A stretch of DNA of 64,000 bases from Pseudorhodobacter sp. GTDB lineage: Bacteria > Pseudomonadota > Alphaproteobacteria > Rhodobacterales > Rhodobacteraceae. Each line of letters starts with the position of its first letter. The stretch's first letter is position 1. The stretch is from NCBI GenBank assembly GCA_024642045.1, contig JAHEBX010000001.1, positions 17,590 through 81,589 of the forward strand, read 5' to 3'. The translations under genes were made by a program, and so were the position numbers. The notes below the pieces were generated by a model. It saw nothing but the letters and a program-made list of their open reading frames with translations. It had not been told where the DNA came from and searched no databases. Below, in pieces: positions 9,456-20,191 of this stretch.

Positions 9456-10988
9456 ATGCTTGACCTTACGGTGATCACTGAAGCGACGATTGCGGTGCCA
9501 AATAAACCCTATCGCGCCAGACACTTCATTGCGGGGGCCTATTGCAACAGCGCCGACGGGGCGGTTTCTGAACGCATTTCGCCGTCGCATGGGGTCGTCG
9601 CCAGTATCTCTGCCAAAGGCGGCGCAGCAGAGGCCGAGGCGGCTATTGCAGCGGCAAGAACTGCCTTTGACGATGGCCGTTGGAGCGATGTGCCGGCGCG
9701 TGCACGGGCGAAAGTTCTGAACAAGGTGGCCGATCTGATCGAGGCGAATGTAGAGCGGCTTGCTTTGATCGAAACCATGGAAACGGGCAAGCCGATCAGC
9801 CAGTCGCGCGGGGAATGTGGCGGCGCGGCGGACCTTTGGCGTTACGCAGCCTCGCTTGCCCGCACGTCGCACGGCGACAGCCATAACACCTTGGGCAAGG
9901 ACATTCTGGCGGTCGTGACCAAAGAGCCGATCGGGGTTGTTTCCATCATCACGCCTTGGAATTTCCCGTTCTGGATCCTGAGCCAAAAGCTGCCCTTTGC
10001 GCTGGCCGCTGGTTGTACCTGCGTTGTGAAGCCTTCGGAAATCACCCCATCAACCACCGCGATGCTGGCCGAATTTCTGATCGAGGCGGGGCTGCCCAAA
10101 GGCGTGTGCAACATTGTTCTGGGCGCTGGAAACCCCATCGGCAGCCTGATGAGCACGCATAGCGACGTGGATATGATCACCTTTACCGGCTCGACAGGCG
10201 TGGGCAAGATCATCAGCCAAGCGGCGGCGAATACGCTCAAAAAGGTTGCGTTGGAGTTGGGCGGAAAAAACCCGCAGGTGGTGTTTTCCGATGCCGATCT
10301 GGATCAAGCCGCAGACGCGATTGCCTTTGGCGTCTATTTCAACGTCGGGCAGTGCTGCAATTCCTCGAGCCGCATTATCGTGCATGAGGATATCGCCAAG
10401 GATCTGGTCGAGCGGGTGGTGGCCCTCACGCGGCATGTGCGTTTCGGCAACCCTCTCCATCCTGACACGCAGGTGGGCGCGATTGTAACGCCGGAACATA
10501 ACGGCTCGATTGACGCCCATGTGCGCGCGGCGGTGCGCGCGGGGGCGACGCTGCGGTTGGGCGGCGCGCCGATGGTGGTCGACGGCCTTGGCCAGCAGTT
10601 CTATCAGCCGACCATTCTGACGGGGGTCACCGCAGAGATGCCGATCGCCAGCAGCGAAGTCTTCGGTCCCGTGCTGACCGTGCTGACCTTTCGCACAATG
10701 GACGAGGCGATCGCGCTGACCAATGGCACCACCTACGGCCTTTCCGCCGGGGTCTGGAGCGAAAACGTTCACACCTGTCTTGAATTCAGCCGACGCGCCC
10801 AAGCGGGCACGGTCTGGACCAACACCTGGATGGACGGGTTTCCCGAACTCGCCTTTGGCGGGGTTAAGCAATCCGGCCAGGGACGCGAGATCGGCTCTTA
10901 CGGTTACGACGAATTCCTTGAGGTGAAATCGCACGTCCTGCGCATCGGTCGCACGCGCGCGCCTTGGGTGAAGACCCCGTCGGCCTGA
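9456..10988 (+). CDS. NAD-dependent aldehyde dehydrogenase, sorbosone dehydrogenase-like
   Basis: [25 protein letters not shown] catalytic Cys and EVFGP motifs; subfamily assigned from recalled similarity. Confidence 0.88.
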   Translation: MLDLTVITEATIAVPNKPYRARHFIAGAYCNSADGAVSERISPSHGVVASISAKGGAAEAEAAIAAARTAFDDGRWSDVPARARAKVLNKVADLIEANVERLALIETMETGKPISQSRGECGGAADLWRYAASLARTSHGDSHNTLGKDILAVVTKEPIGVVSIITPWNFPFWILSQKLPFALAAGCTCVVKPSEITPSTTAMLAEFLIEAGLPKGVCNIVLGAGNPIGSLMSTHSDVDMITFTGSTGVGKIISQAAANTLKKVALELGGKNPQVVFSDADLDQAADAIAFGVYFNVGQCCNSSSRIIVHEDIAKDLVERVVALTRHVRFGNPLHPDTQVGAIVTPEHNGSIDAHVRAAVRAGATLRLGGAPMVVDGLGQQFYQPTILTGVTAEMPIASSEVFGPVLTVLTFRTMDEAIALTNGTTYGLSAGVWSENVHTCLEFSRRAQAGTVWTNTWMDGFPELAFGGVKQSGQGREIGSYGYDEFLEVKSHVLRIGRTRAPWVKTPSA

Positions 10989-11032
10989 ATGCCGACGGAC
11001 CAAAAGACATAGATCAACTGGGAGGAAGTCTA

Positions 11033-12283
11033 ATGCGTATTATTGGAAAGAAGATGTCGGTGGTTCTGGCGCTTATGGCCAGCACCTCTATGGCGCAGGC
11101 CGAGGATGTCGAGGTGCTGCACTGGTGGACCTCGGGTGGTGAGGCGGCGGCGCTGGGTGTGCTGAAAGACACGCTGAAAAGCCAAGGCATCGGCTGGATC
11201 GACATGCCGGTTTCGGGCGGCGGTGGCGAGGCGGCAATGACCACGCTGCGCGCGCGTGTCACCGCGGGCAACCCACCGACCGCCGTGCAGATGCTCGGCT
11301 TTGACATTCAGGACTGGGCCGCCGAGGGGGCGCTGGGCAATCTGGATGACGTGGCCGCCAAGGAAGGATGGGACGCCGTCGTGCCCCCCGCGCTTCAGGC
11401 CTTTTCCAAGTATGACGGCCACTGGATCGCGGCCCCTGTGAACGTGCATTCGACCAACTGGGTCTGGGCCAACAAGGCGGTTCTTGATGGTTTGGGGATC
11501 GCTCAACCAACCACCTGGGACGAGTTTGTTGCCGCGATGCAAAAGGTCAAGGACTCGGGTAAAACGGCCTTGGCCCATGGTGGCCAGCCTTGGCAAGAGG
11601 CCACCGTGTTTGACGGCGTGGTGTTGTCGGTCGGCGGCACCGAGTTCTACAAAAAGGCCTTTGTCGATCTGGACCCAGAGGCTTTGGGTGGCGCGCAGAT
11701 GGTCGAGGCGTTCAAGCGGATGGAAACGCTGCATTCTTTCACTGACGCCAACTTCTCGGGTCGCGACTGGAACCTGGCCTCGGCTATGGTGATCAATGGC
11801 GATGCGGCCTTCCAGATCATGGGTGACTGGGCCAAGGGCGAGTTCCTGAAGGCGGGCAAAGTGCCGGGCACCGATTTCCTGTGCTTCCGCGTGCCGGGAA
11901 CGGACGGCGATGTCAGCTTCAACTCTGACCAGTTTGCGATGTTCAAGGTCGACTCTGAGGCAGCCAAGGCCGCACAGGCGCAAATGGCCGCAGATATTAT
12001 GTCGCCCACCTTCCAATCCGCGTTTAACGTGGTCAAGGGCTCGGTCCCGGCGCGCACCGATGTGCCAAATACCGCCTTTGACGATTGCGGCAAGAAGGGC
12101 ATGGCTGACCTTGCTGCGGCCTCTGCCTCGGGCAATCTGGTGGGGTCAATGGCGCATGGCCACGCCAACCGTGCTGCGGTCAAGAACGCGATCTATGACG
12201 TTGTGACGGCTGCCTTCAACGGCGAATACGACGCGGAAACGGCAGCCAAAAATCTGGCTGATGCCGTGGCGGCCGCCAAGTAA
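11033..12283 (+). CDS. CUT1 ABC sugar-binding protein 1 (GtsA-like)
   Basis: Signal peptide; [21 protein letters not shown] and [11 protein letters not shown] motifs; RBS GGAGG. Confidence 0.88.
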   Translation: MRIIGKKMSVVLALMASTSMAQAEDVEVLHWWTSGGEAAALGVLKDTLKSQGIGWIDMPVSGGGGEAAMTTLRARVTAGNPPTAVQMLGFDIQDWAAEGALGNLDDVAAKEGWDAVVPPALQAFSKYDGHWIAAPVNVHSTNWVWANKAVLDGLGIAQPTTWDEFVAAMQKVKDSGKTALAHGGQPWQEATVFDGVVLSVGGTEFYKKAFVDLDPEALGGAQMVEAFKRMETLHSFTDANFSGRDWNLASAMVINGDAAFQIMGDWAKGEFLKAGKVPGTDFLCFRVPGTDGDVSFNSDQFAMFKVDSEAAKAAQAQMAADIMSPTFQSAFNVVKGSVPARTDVPNTAFDDCGKKGMADLAAASASGNLVGSMAHGHANRAAVKNAIYDVVTAAFNGEYDAETAAKNLADAVAAAK

Positions 12284-12289
12284 GACTGA

Positions 12290-12318
12290 TTGGGAAAGCG
12301 GCCGGCCCGCTTTCCCAA
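12290..12318 (+). terminator. Perfect 12 bp stem-loop after the binding-protein gene (mRNA-stabilising or attenuating)
   Basis: TTGGGAAAGCGG-CCGGC-CCGCTTTCCCAA. Confidence 0.6.
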
Positions 12319-12387
12319 ACCTGCCGCCCCCAAGCGGGCTTTTCAATTGCAAAGACATCTGTGCCGCGCACAGAAACAGGAGGAACC

Positions 12388-13284
12388 ATGGCATTTTCGA
12401 CCTCTGGCGTGGATATCCGTACCCGCCTTCAGGATTTGATCCCAAAATTGGTTCTGTCTCCGTCCATCGCGGCGATGATGATCTTCGTCTATGGCTTCAT
12501 CGTGTTTACCGTCTATCTCAGCTTTACCAATTCCAAGATGCTGCCCAGCTATGATCTCATAGGTTTTGAGAATTACGCCAAGCTTTGGGCGCTGTCGGCC
12601 TGGTGGACGGCGGTGAGCAACCTTGCGATCTTTGCCTCGCTTTATATCGTGATCTGCACCGCAATCGGACTGACACTCGCCATCCTGCTGGACCAGAAAA
12701 TTCGCGGTGAAGGGGTCTTGCGCCCGATCTACCTTTACCCGATGGCGTTGTCGTTCATCGTGACCGGCACAGCGTGGAAGTGGTTTCTCGACCCCGGAAT
12801 TGGTCTTGAAAATACCATGCACCTTTGGGGCTGGCAGAGTTTCCATTTTGGCTGGATCAAAGATCGTAACATGGCGATCTATACCATCGTCATCGCTGCG
12901 GTCTGGCAAACCTCGGGTTTTGTGATGGCGATGTTTCTGGCCGGGTTGCGCGGGATTGATAACGAAATCCTCAGGGCTGCCCAGATCGACGGGGCCTCTA
13001 ACTGGCAGCTGTATCGCCGGATTGTGATCCCGATGCTGCGGCCGGCCTTCATGTCGGCTTTTGTGATCCTCAGCCATCTGGCGGTGAAATCCTATGACCT
13101 TGTCGTGGCACTGACGGGTGGGGGGCCGGGGCGGGCAACCGAGCTGCCTGCGACCTTCATGTATTCCTATACTTTCACGCGAAATTCGATGGGTATTGGC
13201 GCTTCGAGTGCGGTGATCATGTTGATGACCATCGCGGCGATCATGACCCCTTACCTCTATGCTGAATTGAAGGAGAAGCCCTGA
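12388..13284 (+). CDS. Carbohydrate ABC transporter permease (GtsB-like)
   Basis: PKLVLSPS, multiple TM segments, EAA loop RAAQIDGA; RBS AGGAGG. Confidence 0.9.
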   Translation: MAFSTSGVDIRTRLQDLIPKLVLSPSIAAMMIFVYGFIVFTVYLSFTNSKMLPSYDLIGFENYAKLWALSAWWTAVSNLAIFASLYIVICTAIGLTLAILLDQKIRGEGVLRPIYLYPMALSFIVTGTAWKWFLDPGIGLENTMHLWGWQSFHFGWIKDRNMAIYTIVIAAVWQTSGFVMAMFLAGLRGIDNEILRAAQIDGASNWQLYRRIVIPMLRPAFMSAFVILSHLAVKSYDLVVALTGGGPGRATELPATFMYSYTFTRNSMGIGASSAVIMLMTIAAIMTPYLYAELKEKP

Positions 13285-14162
13285 TGTCTGGAGCAACCCA
13301 AGATACGGCGGTGCGGACCTCTGGCTTCTCCCGGACCCTGATTTACCTTGTGCTGTTGCTGTTTGCGCTGTTTTTCCTGCTGCCGTTCTTTGTGATGCTG
13401 GTGAATTCGCTGAAACCTTTGTCCGAGATTACCGGCGGCAATATGATGGCATTGCCGCAGCATTGGACGATCGAGCCGTGGCTTTCAGCGTGGTCCACAG
13501 CACAGATCGGCGTAGAGCCGACGGGGTTGAAACCCTATTTCGTGAACTCGATCATGATGGTGGTGCCGGCCGTCGCAATCTCGACCGTGTTTGGCGCGCT
13601 GAACGGATATGTGCTGACCAAATGGCGCTTTCGTGGCGATAGCATCCTTTTCGGCCTGATGCTCTTTTCCTGCTTTATCCCGTTTCAGATCGTGCTGATC
13701 CCGATGGCGATGGTCTTGGGCAAAATCGGCCTGGCCGGATCGGTGCAAGGCCTGGTGCTGGTCCATGTGGTCTATGGCATTGGGTTCACCACGCTCTACT
13801 ACCGCAACTATTACGCCTCGTTCCCGACCGAGCTGGTTCGCGCCGCGATGATCGACGGGGCAGGGTTCTTTCGCATCTTTTGGCGGATCATGCTGCCCGT
13901 TTCTGGCCCGATCACTGTGGTCTCGGTGATCTGGCAGTTCACCAATATCTGGAATGACTTTCTGTTCGGGGCCTCATTCGGCGGGCAAAGCCAGCCGATG
14001 ACCGTGGCCCTGAACAACCTCGTGCAATCCTCGACGGGCGTTAAGGAATACAACGTCCATTTCGCAGGTGCGATCCTTGCCGCAGTGCCAACCCTCTTTG
14101 TTTACATCGTTGCAGGCCGCTACTTTGTGCGTGGTCTGATGGCAGGAAGCGTCAAAGGATAA
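13284..14162 (+). CDS. Carbohydrate ABC transporter permease (GtsC-like)
   Basis: ELVRAAMIDGAG EAA loop, WQFTNIWNDFLF, GLMAGSVKG. Confidence 0.9.
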   Translation: MSGATQDTAVRTSGFSRTLIYLVLLLFALFFLLPFFVMLVNSLKPLSEITGGNMMALPQHWTIEPWLSAWSTAQIGVEPTGLKPYFVNSIMMVVPAVAISTVFGALNGYVLTKWRFRGDSILFGLMLFSCFIPFQIVLIPMAMVLGKIGLAGSVQGLVLVHVVYGIGFTTLYYRNYYASFPTELVRAAMIDGAGFFRIFWRIMLPVSGPITVVSVIWQFTNIWNDFLFGASFGGQSQPMTVALNNLVQSSTGVKEYNVHFAGAILAAVPTLFVYIVAGRYFVRGLMAGSVKG

Positions 14163-14261
14163 GGCGACCGTCAGGCAGTTGCAGCCGCCCGACGGTCTTT
14201 CGTTCAACCCTCAGCCCCGTTTGGAACAGACAAGGGCGAACTTTTGAAAAGGAACGACAAA

Positions 14262-15515
14262 ATGCGGCGAATGTCTATGGTCAGTTCACTTGTTTTTGGG
14301 GTGTTTGCCTCTCCCGCGCTTGCACAACCCTCTGTCGAAGTGATGCATTTCTGGACCAGCGGCGGCGAGGCGGCGGCCCTTGGCGCTGTGCGCGATAAGG
14401 TCGTGTCACAGGGCGTGGCATGGGTCGACGCCCCTATCGCAGGGGGCGGCGGCGATCAGGCCAAGACGGCGCTTCAGGCCCGTATTGCCTCGGGCAACCC
14501 ACCAGCGGCCATGCTGATGCTGGGTCAAAACATCATCGATTGGGCGCATGAGGGATTGCTTGGCAATGTCGATGCACTGGCCATGTCCGAAGGCTGGGAC
14601 GCGGTCTTGCCGCAGGCGGTCAAGGATTTCACCAAGATCGACGGCCACTATGTCTCGGTGCCGACCAACGTGCACCGCACCGATATGATCTGGGCCAGCA
14701 AAGCGGCCTTTGACAAGATCGGCGCGCCTTATCCGACAACATGGGACGAGATGAACGCGCTCGCCCCTCGGTTTCTGGCGGCGGGCATCATCCCCTTGGC
14801 GCATGGCGGCCAATCCTGGCAAGAGGCCTATATGTTCGAGGCCGTCGCAATGGGCATTGGGGGCGCCGATTTCTACCGCAAGGCGCTTGTGGATCTGGAT
14901 GACGCCAGCCTGCGCAGCGATACGATGGTTGCCGTGTTTGACGAGATGGCCAAGCTGCGCGGCATGGTCGACAGCAATGCCCCCGGGCGCGACTGGAACC
15001 TTGCCACCGCGATGGTCATCAAAGGTGATGCTGCCATGCAGATCATGGGCGACTGGGCCAAGGGTGAGTTTACCAACGCAGGCAAGACCCCCGGCACCGA
15101 CTACGCCTGCATCCCTGTGCCCAAGGCGAACGGCCAACCCGGCTTTGTGTATCTGGTGAACTCGCTGTCGCTCTTTGCCCAAACCAACCCCGAGGCGGTC
15201 AAAGCACAAGAGGTTCTGGCGAGTGCAATCATGGACAAGGATGTCCAGATTGCGTTCAATAAGGCCAAGGGTGCCATTCCTGCTCGCAATGACGTGGATA
15301 TGTCGGGACTGGATGCCTGCGCGCAAGCTACGGCAAAAGACCTGGCACAAGCTGATGCGGCTGGAACCGCGGTGCCAACATTTGCTGGCACCCATGCGGC
15401 CAACGCGGCCATCGTCGGGGCCGCGACCGATGCGATCACCGAGTTCTTCAACTCTGACGAGACGGCCCAAGAAGGTGCTGCCACTTTGGCGGATGCCATT
15501 CTGGCGGCAAAATAG
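14262..15515 (+). CDS. CUT1 ABC sugar-binding protein 2 (GtsA-like paralogue)
   Basis: Signal peptide; VEVMHFWTSGGE, GRDWNLA and [11 protein letters not shown] motifs. Confidence 0.86.
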   Translation: MRRMSMVSSLVFGVFASPALAQPSVEVMHFWTSGGEAAALGAVRDKVVSQGVAWVDAPIAGGGGDQAKTALQARIASGNPPAAMLMLGQNIIDWAHEGLLGNVDALAMSEGWDAVLPQAVKDFTKIDGHYVSVPTNVHRTDMIWASKAAFDKIGAPYPTTWDEMNALAPRFLAAGIIPLAHGGQSWQEAYMFEAVAMGIGGADFYRKALVDLDDASLRSDTMVAVFDEMAKLRGMVDSNAPGRDWNLATAMVIKGDAAMQIMGDWAKGEFTNAGKTPGTDYACIPVPKANGQPGFVYLVNSLSLFAQTNPEAVKAQEVLASAIMDKDVQIAFNKAKGAIPARNDVDMSGLDACAQATAKDLAQADAAGTAVPTFAGTHAANAAIVGAATDAITEFFNSDETAQEGAATLADAILAAK

Positions 15516-15525
15516 CCTGTCTGCT

Positions 15526-15549
15526 GGCCCCCGCCCTTCGGTGGGGGCC
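15526..15549 (+). terminator. GC-rich stem-loop after the second binding-protein gene
   Basis: GGCCCCCGCC-CTTC-GGTGGGGGCC (one G-U pair); no U tract. Confidence 0.45.
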
Positions 15550-15582
15550 GCTCAAATCGATCACCATAAGGACCGCAACATC

Positions 15583-16695
15583 ATGGGCTTTCTCGATATC
15601 AAAAACGTCACCAAATCCTATGGCAGCGTCAAAGTGCTGCACGAAGTGGATATCGAGGTGCAAGAGGGCGAGTTTCTGGTCCTTGTCGGGCCGTCTGGCT
15701 GCGGTAAATCCACGCTGCTGAACATGATCGCGGGGCTGGAGGTGATTTCCTCGGGCGATATTTCGATCAAGGGGCGGGTGATGAACGGCGTGCATCCGTC
15801 CAAGCGCAATATCGCAATGGTGTTCCAGTCTTACGCGCTTTACCCCAATATGACTGTGGGCCAGAACATGACCTTTGGTCTGGAAATGCACGGCGTACCG
15901 AAACCCGAGCGCGATGCGGCATTGGAGAAGGTCGCAGCGCTCTTGCAGATCACGCCCCTGTTAGAGCGTAAGCCAGGTCAGCTTTCAGGCGGTCAACGCC
16001 AGCGCGTGGCTATGGGGCGCGCGCTTGTGCGCAACCCGGATGTGTTTTTGTTCGACGAGCCGCTCTCCAATCTCGATGCCAAGCTTCGCGTCGATATGCG
16101 TACTGAAATCAAGAAGCTGCACGAGAAGCTCAAGACGACCATCGTCTATGTCACCCACGATCAGATCGAGGCCATGACGCTGTCGACCCGGATCGCGGTG
16201 ATGTATGCAGGCTATGTGCAGCAGCTTGGCACACCCAAGGAAATCTACGACACTCCTGCCAATGTCTATGTGGCAACCTTTATGGGCAGCCCCGCCATGA
16301 ACGTGTTGCCAGCGCACGTGCTGATGCAGGACGATGTTGCGCATGCACGGATCACTGATGCCAATGGGGCCGAGATACTGCTAAAAACGTCACAGCCCAA
16401 TTTGGCAGCTTGGGCGGGCAAAGAGATTTTGTTGGGCATCCGGCCAGAGGCAATCACTGATCCCGAAGGTGCGGACCGCAATTCCAAAAACATCGTGCCG
16501 TTGCGCAATCAGATCAGCGTGACCGAACCCGCCGGGGCGGATACCTTTGTCACCATGACACTTTGTGGCAAAGATGCCGTGGCACGGATGCGCGCCGATG
16601 TCAGCCTGCGCCCGAATGACAGCTTTGAGTTTGCGGTGAATATGGAAAAAGTCGTGGCCTTTGATCCCAAAACCGAAGACCGCATCAAGCCATGA
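15583..16695 (+). CDS. Sugar ABC transporter ATP-binding protein (MalK/GtsD family)
   Basis: GPSGCGKS, LSGGQRQR, FDEPLSNLDAKLR and YVTHDQ motifs, C-terminal TOBE region. Confidence 0.92.
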   Translation: MGFLDIKNVTKSYGSVKVLHEVDIEVQEGEFLVLVGPSGCGKSTLLNMIAGLEVISSGDISIKGRVMNGVHPSKRNIAMVFQSYALYPNMTVGQNMTFGLEMHGVPKPERDAALEKVAALLQITPLLERKPGQLSGGQRQRVAMGRALVRNPDVFLFDEPLSNLDAKLRVDMRTEIKKLHEKLKTTIVYVTHDQIEAMTLSTRIAVMYAGYVQQLGTPKEIYDTPANVYVATFMGSPAMNVLPAHVLMQDDVAHARITDANGAEILLKTSQPNLAAWAGKEILLGIRPEAITDPEGADRNSKNIVPLRNQISVTEPAGADTFVTMTLCGKDAVARMRADVSLRPNDSFEFAVNMEKVVAFDPKTEDRIKP

Positions 16696-18161
16696 CCCCG
16701 GATGTGATCATCATCGGGTCGGGCATGGGCGGGGCCACGCTGGCCGCAGCGCTTGCTCCTACGGGGCGGAGGATTCTGATCCTCGAGCGGGGCGCGCCCT
16801 TGCAACCCTCTGCTGCCGACCGCGACGCAAACGCAATCTTTGGGCGCGGGCAGTTTCGACCGAATGAGACTTGGTACGACGGCGAGGGGCGCGGTTTCAA
16901 TCCGGGCAACTATTATAACGTCGGCGGCAATTCGAAATTCTTTGGTGCGGTGTTTCTGCGCTATCGTTCTGAAGATTTCAGTCCGATCCAGCACCTTGAG
17001 GGGCGCACCCCCGGCTGGCCGATCAGCTATGATGATCTGGAGCCCCATTATCAGCGCGCCGAGACGATGTATCAGATCCGCGGCCAGTTGGGCCAAGACC
17101 CGAGCGAGCCTGCGCACTCGGGCCATTATCCCTATCCACCCGTTCCCGATGAACCCGCGATCGCTGATCTGCGCGCCAGATTGCAACGGCTGGGGCTGCA
17201 CCCCGCCTCATTGCCGCTTGGTGTGGATTTGGAAAAGTGGCTTGCAGGTGGGCAGACGACTTGGGACGCCTATCCCAACACGACCCAAGGCAAGATGGAT
17301 GCCGAAACCATCGGCATCGCCCAGGCGCTTCAGCACGCGAATGTGACGCTGCGCACGGGGCAGGCGGTGCGACGGCTGCTTGCTGACGCCTCGGGTCGCA
17401 TCAGTGGGGTCGAGCTTGAGGGCAGCGGCGAGGTCTTGCAGGCGCCCATAGTGGTGCTAGCCGCGGGTGCGGTGCAATCGGCCGTGCTCTTGCTGCGCTC
17501 GGGGCTTGCGAATTCATCCGATCAGGTCGGCCGCAATTTCATGAACCACAACACCTCGGCTGTGCTGGCGTTTCATCCGTTGCGGCGCAATCGGTCGGTT
17601 TATCAAAAGACGCTGATGGTCAATGATTTCTACCTCGGCGGCGGGCCGAAAAACGCGCCTTTGGGCAACATCCAGATGCTGGGTAAGATCACAGGCCCGA
17701 TTTTGACTGCGAATGCCCGCTTGCCTCGGGTTCTGGCGAACTTCATCTCGCACAGGACATTGGACCTTTATGCGATGTCCGAAGACCTTCCCGACCCGGA
17801 AAGCCGCATCATGCTGCAAGGCGAGCGGATCGTGATGGATTGGCGGCAAAAGAACTGGGCGGCGCATCTGGTGCTTGTGGCTAAGCTCAAGGCACTGCTG
17901 CGGCGGGCGGGCTATCCGGTTGTGCTTTCAAAGCCCTTTGACAGCCGCACGCCCTCGCATCAATGCGGCACCGCGCGGATGGGGCGCGACGGCACCGGCA
18001 GCGTTGTTGATATCTTTTGCCGCAGTCACGACCACCCCAATCTGTTTATCACCGATGCCTCGGTGTTGCCGACCTCGGCCGCCGTCAACCCGGCGCTGAC
18101 CATTGCCGCGCTGGCCTTGCGCGCGGCCGATCACATCATCGCTACCGATTTTGCTGCCTGA
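16692..18161 (+). CDS. GMC family FAD oxidoreductase 1 (sugar dehydrogenase/oxidase-like)
   Basis: IIGSGMGG, VGGNSKFFG, SHQCGTARMG and VNPALTI (His/Asn pair); no signal peptide. Confidence 0.85.
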   Translation: MTPDVIIIGSGMGGATLAAALAPTGRRILILERGAPLQPSAADRDANAIFGRGQFRPNETWYDGEGRGFNPGNYYNVGGNSKFFGAVFLRYRSEDFSPIQHLEGRTPGWPISYDDLEPHYQRAETMYQIRGQLGQDPSEPAHSGHYPYPPVPDEPAIADLRARLQRLGLHPASLPLGVDLEKWLAGGQTTWDAYPNTTQGKMDAETIGIAQALQHANVTLRTGQAVRRLLADASGRISGVELEGSGEVLQAPIVVLAAGAVQSAVLLLRSGLANSSDQVGRNFMNHNTSAVLAFHPLRRNRSVYQKTLMVNDFYLGGGPKNAPLGNIQMLGKITGPILTANARLPRVLANFISHRTLDLYAMSEDLPDPESRIMLQGERIVMDWRQKNWAAHLVLVAKLKALLRRAGYPVVLSKPFDSRTPSHQCGTARMGRDGTGSVVDIFCRSHDHPNLFITDASVLPTSAAVNPALTIAALALRAADHIIATDFAA

Positions 18162-18177
18162 AGACTGGAGACGCCTC

Positions 18178-19764
18178 GTGCCCGAAGGATTTGATTTCAT
18201 TGTGATCGGCGGCGGATCGGCAGGCTCGGTCGTGGCGGCACGGCTGACCGAGAACCCTTTGGTCAGCGTGTTGCTGATTGAGGCAGGCGGGCGCGACCGC
18301 CATCCGTTTTATCACCTGCCTGCGGGCTTTGCCAAAATGACCAAAGGCATCGGGTCGTGGGGCTGGGAAACCACGCCGCAAAAGCACATGCAAAACAAGG
18401 TGTTCCGCTATACCCAAGCCAAGGTGATCGGCGGCGGGTCTGCGATCAATGCGCAGATCTATACCCGTGGCAACGCCCAGGATTATGACGAGTGGCGGCA
18501 GATGGGCTGCACCGGTTGGGGCTATGACGACGTGCTGCCCTATTTCCGCAAAGCCGAGGATAACGACACCTTTGACAATCGCTTTCACGGCAAGGGCGGC
18601 CCGCTGGGAGTCAGCCAGCCGATAGCACCCCTGCCGATCTGCGAGGCTTATTTCGAGGCCGCGGCCCAGATCGGCATTCCGCGCAACATGGATATCAACG
18701 GCGAGACGCAGGACGGCGTTTGCTATTACCAACTGACCCAACGCCACGCGCGCCGCTCTTCGGCGGCGATGGCCTATCTTGCGCCGAACCGTGGCAGGCC
18801 GAACCTGACGGTGAAAACCGGAGTCGAAGTCCGCCGCCTGATTGTGACTGCGGGCCGTGCCACTGGGGTGGAACTGATGGACGGCCGTCAGTTGATGGCG
18901 GCGCAAGAGGTCGTGCTGTCCAGCGGTGCTATCGGCACGCCGCGCCTGTTGCAGCTTTCGGGGATTGGACCCGCCGATCATCTCCAGGCCCTCGGGATCA
19001 AGGTCGTTTTCGATCAGCCGCAGGTCGGTGAAAATCTGCAAGACCATCTGGACCTTTACTGCATCGCCGAGCTTTCTGGGCCCTACAGTTATGACCGCTT
19101 TGCCAAGCCGCATCTGGCGGCACTGGCGGGTCTGCAATATCTTTTGCAACGCAAGGGGCCTGTGGCCTCGTCGCTGTTTGAAACCGGTGGCTTTTGGTAT
19201 GCCGACCCCGATGCGCGCTCGCCGGACATTCAGTTTCATCTTGGCCTTGGCACAGGGATCGAGCATGGCGTGGTTGCCATGCCGCAAGGGGGCATCACAT
19301 TGAACTCGTGCTATTTGCGCCCGCGTTCACGCGGGTCGGTGCGGCTGCAATCGGCGGATCCTGCGCAGATGCCGTTGATCGATCCGAATTATCTCTCTGA
19401 TCCCGTTGACCGCGAGATGTCGATCCGTGGCCTGAAACTGACCCAGCAAATCCTGTCGCAACCTGCGCTGAAAGACTTTGTCCTTGCCCAACGGTTGCCC
19501 GGCCCCGAGGTGAAAACCGAGGCGGATTACTTCAACTTTATCAGCCAACATTCGAAAACTTCGCACCATTGCGCCGGCACTTGCCGCATGGGCGCTGATG
19601 CGGCGGCAGTGGTTGATCTGCAGTTGCGCTTTAACGGCATTGCGGGGCTGCGCATTGTCGATAATTCAATTATGCCAAAGGTGATTTCGTCCAATACCAA
19701 CGCGGCAGCGATCATGATCGGCGAAAAGGCTGCCGATATGATCAAAGCCCAGCATGGAGCCTGA
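18178..19764 (+). CDS. GMC family FAD oxidoreductase 2 (choline/sorbose dehydrogenase-like)
   Basis: IGGGSAG, GGGSAINAQIYTRG, VGENLQDH, HHCAGTCRMG and SNTNA motifs; GTG start with GGAG RBS. Confidence 0.88.
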   Translation: MPEGFDFIVIGGGSAGSVVAARLTENPLVSVLLIEAGGRDRHPFYHLPAGFAKMTKGIGSWGWETTPQKHMQNKVFRYTQAKVIGGGSAINAQIYTRGNAQDYDEWRQMGCTGWGYDDVLPYFRKAEDNDTFDNRFHGKGGPLGVSQPIAPLPICEAYFEAAAQIGIPRNMDINGETQDGVCYYQLTQRHARRSSAAMAYLAPNRGRPNLTVKTGVEVRRLIVTAGRATGVELMDGRQLMAAQEVVLSSGAIGTPRLLQLSGIGPADHLQALGIKVVFDQPQVGENLQDHLDLYCIAELSGPYSYDRFAKPHLAALAGLQYLLQRKGPVASSLFETGGFWYADPDARSPDIQFHLGLGTGIEHGVVAMPQGGITLNSCYLRPRSRGSVRLQSADPAQMPLIDPNYLSDPVDREMSIRGLKLTQQILSQPALKDFVLAQRLPGPEVKTEADYFNFISQHSKTSHHCAGTCRMGADAAAVVDLQLRFNGIAGLRIVDNSIMPKVISSNTNAAAIMIGEKAADMIKAQHGA

Positions 19765-19765
19765 T

Positions 19766-20086
19766 ATGATCCGTCACATCGTTCTGATTAAATTTTCCGA
19801 AGGAGTCAGCGAGGCAAAAATCGCCGACCTTTTCACTGAATTGAAGCAGATTGAGAGCAAACTTGCCGGTCTGCGTGCCATAACGGCAGGGCGGAGCGAA
19901 AGCCCCGAGCAGATGGAGCGCGGCTATATGCACGGCTTTGTTGCTGATTTCGACAGCTGGGCGGATTTGCAGGCCTATCAGGACCACCCAGACCATCAGC
20001 TTTTGGGCAGCAAGCTGGTGGCCCATGCTGTGGGGGGCAAGGATGGGATCTTGTGCTTTGACCTTGAGGTGAACGAGACACGCTAA
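19766..20086 (+). CDS. Dabb family (stress-responsive alpha/beta barrel) protein
   Basis: MIRHIVLIKF, GYMHGFVADF and AYQDHPDH motifs; start 1 bp after the GMC2 stop. Confidence 0.8.
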   Translation: MIRHIVLIKFSEGVSEAKIADLFTELKQIESKLAGLRAITAGRSESPEQMERGYMHGFVADFDSWADLQAYQDHPDHQLLGSKLVAHAVGGKDGILCFDLEVNETR

Positions 20087-20191
20087 CAGGCCAGAAAGTA
20101 TTTCGTTACTCAGGTTGTTGTTTCACCCAAGAACAAAAAGCGTCACAGTCAGTCTGAGAACCTGAGCGACGTGACCGGAGGCCGACGATTC

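Noticed and set aside
19766-20086. Dabb protein as part of the DAB carbon pump
   Set aside because: Name coincidence only; Dabb is a small alpha/beta barrel unrelated to the NuoL-like DabB
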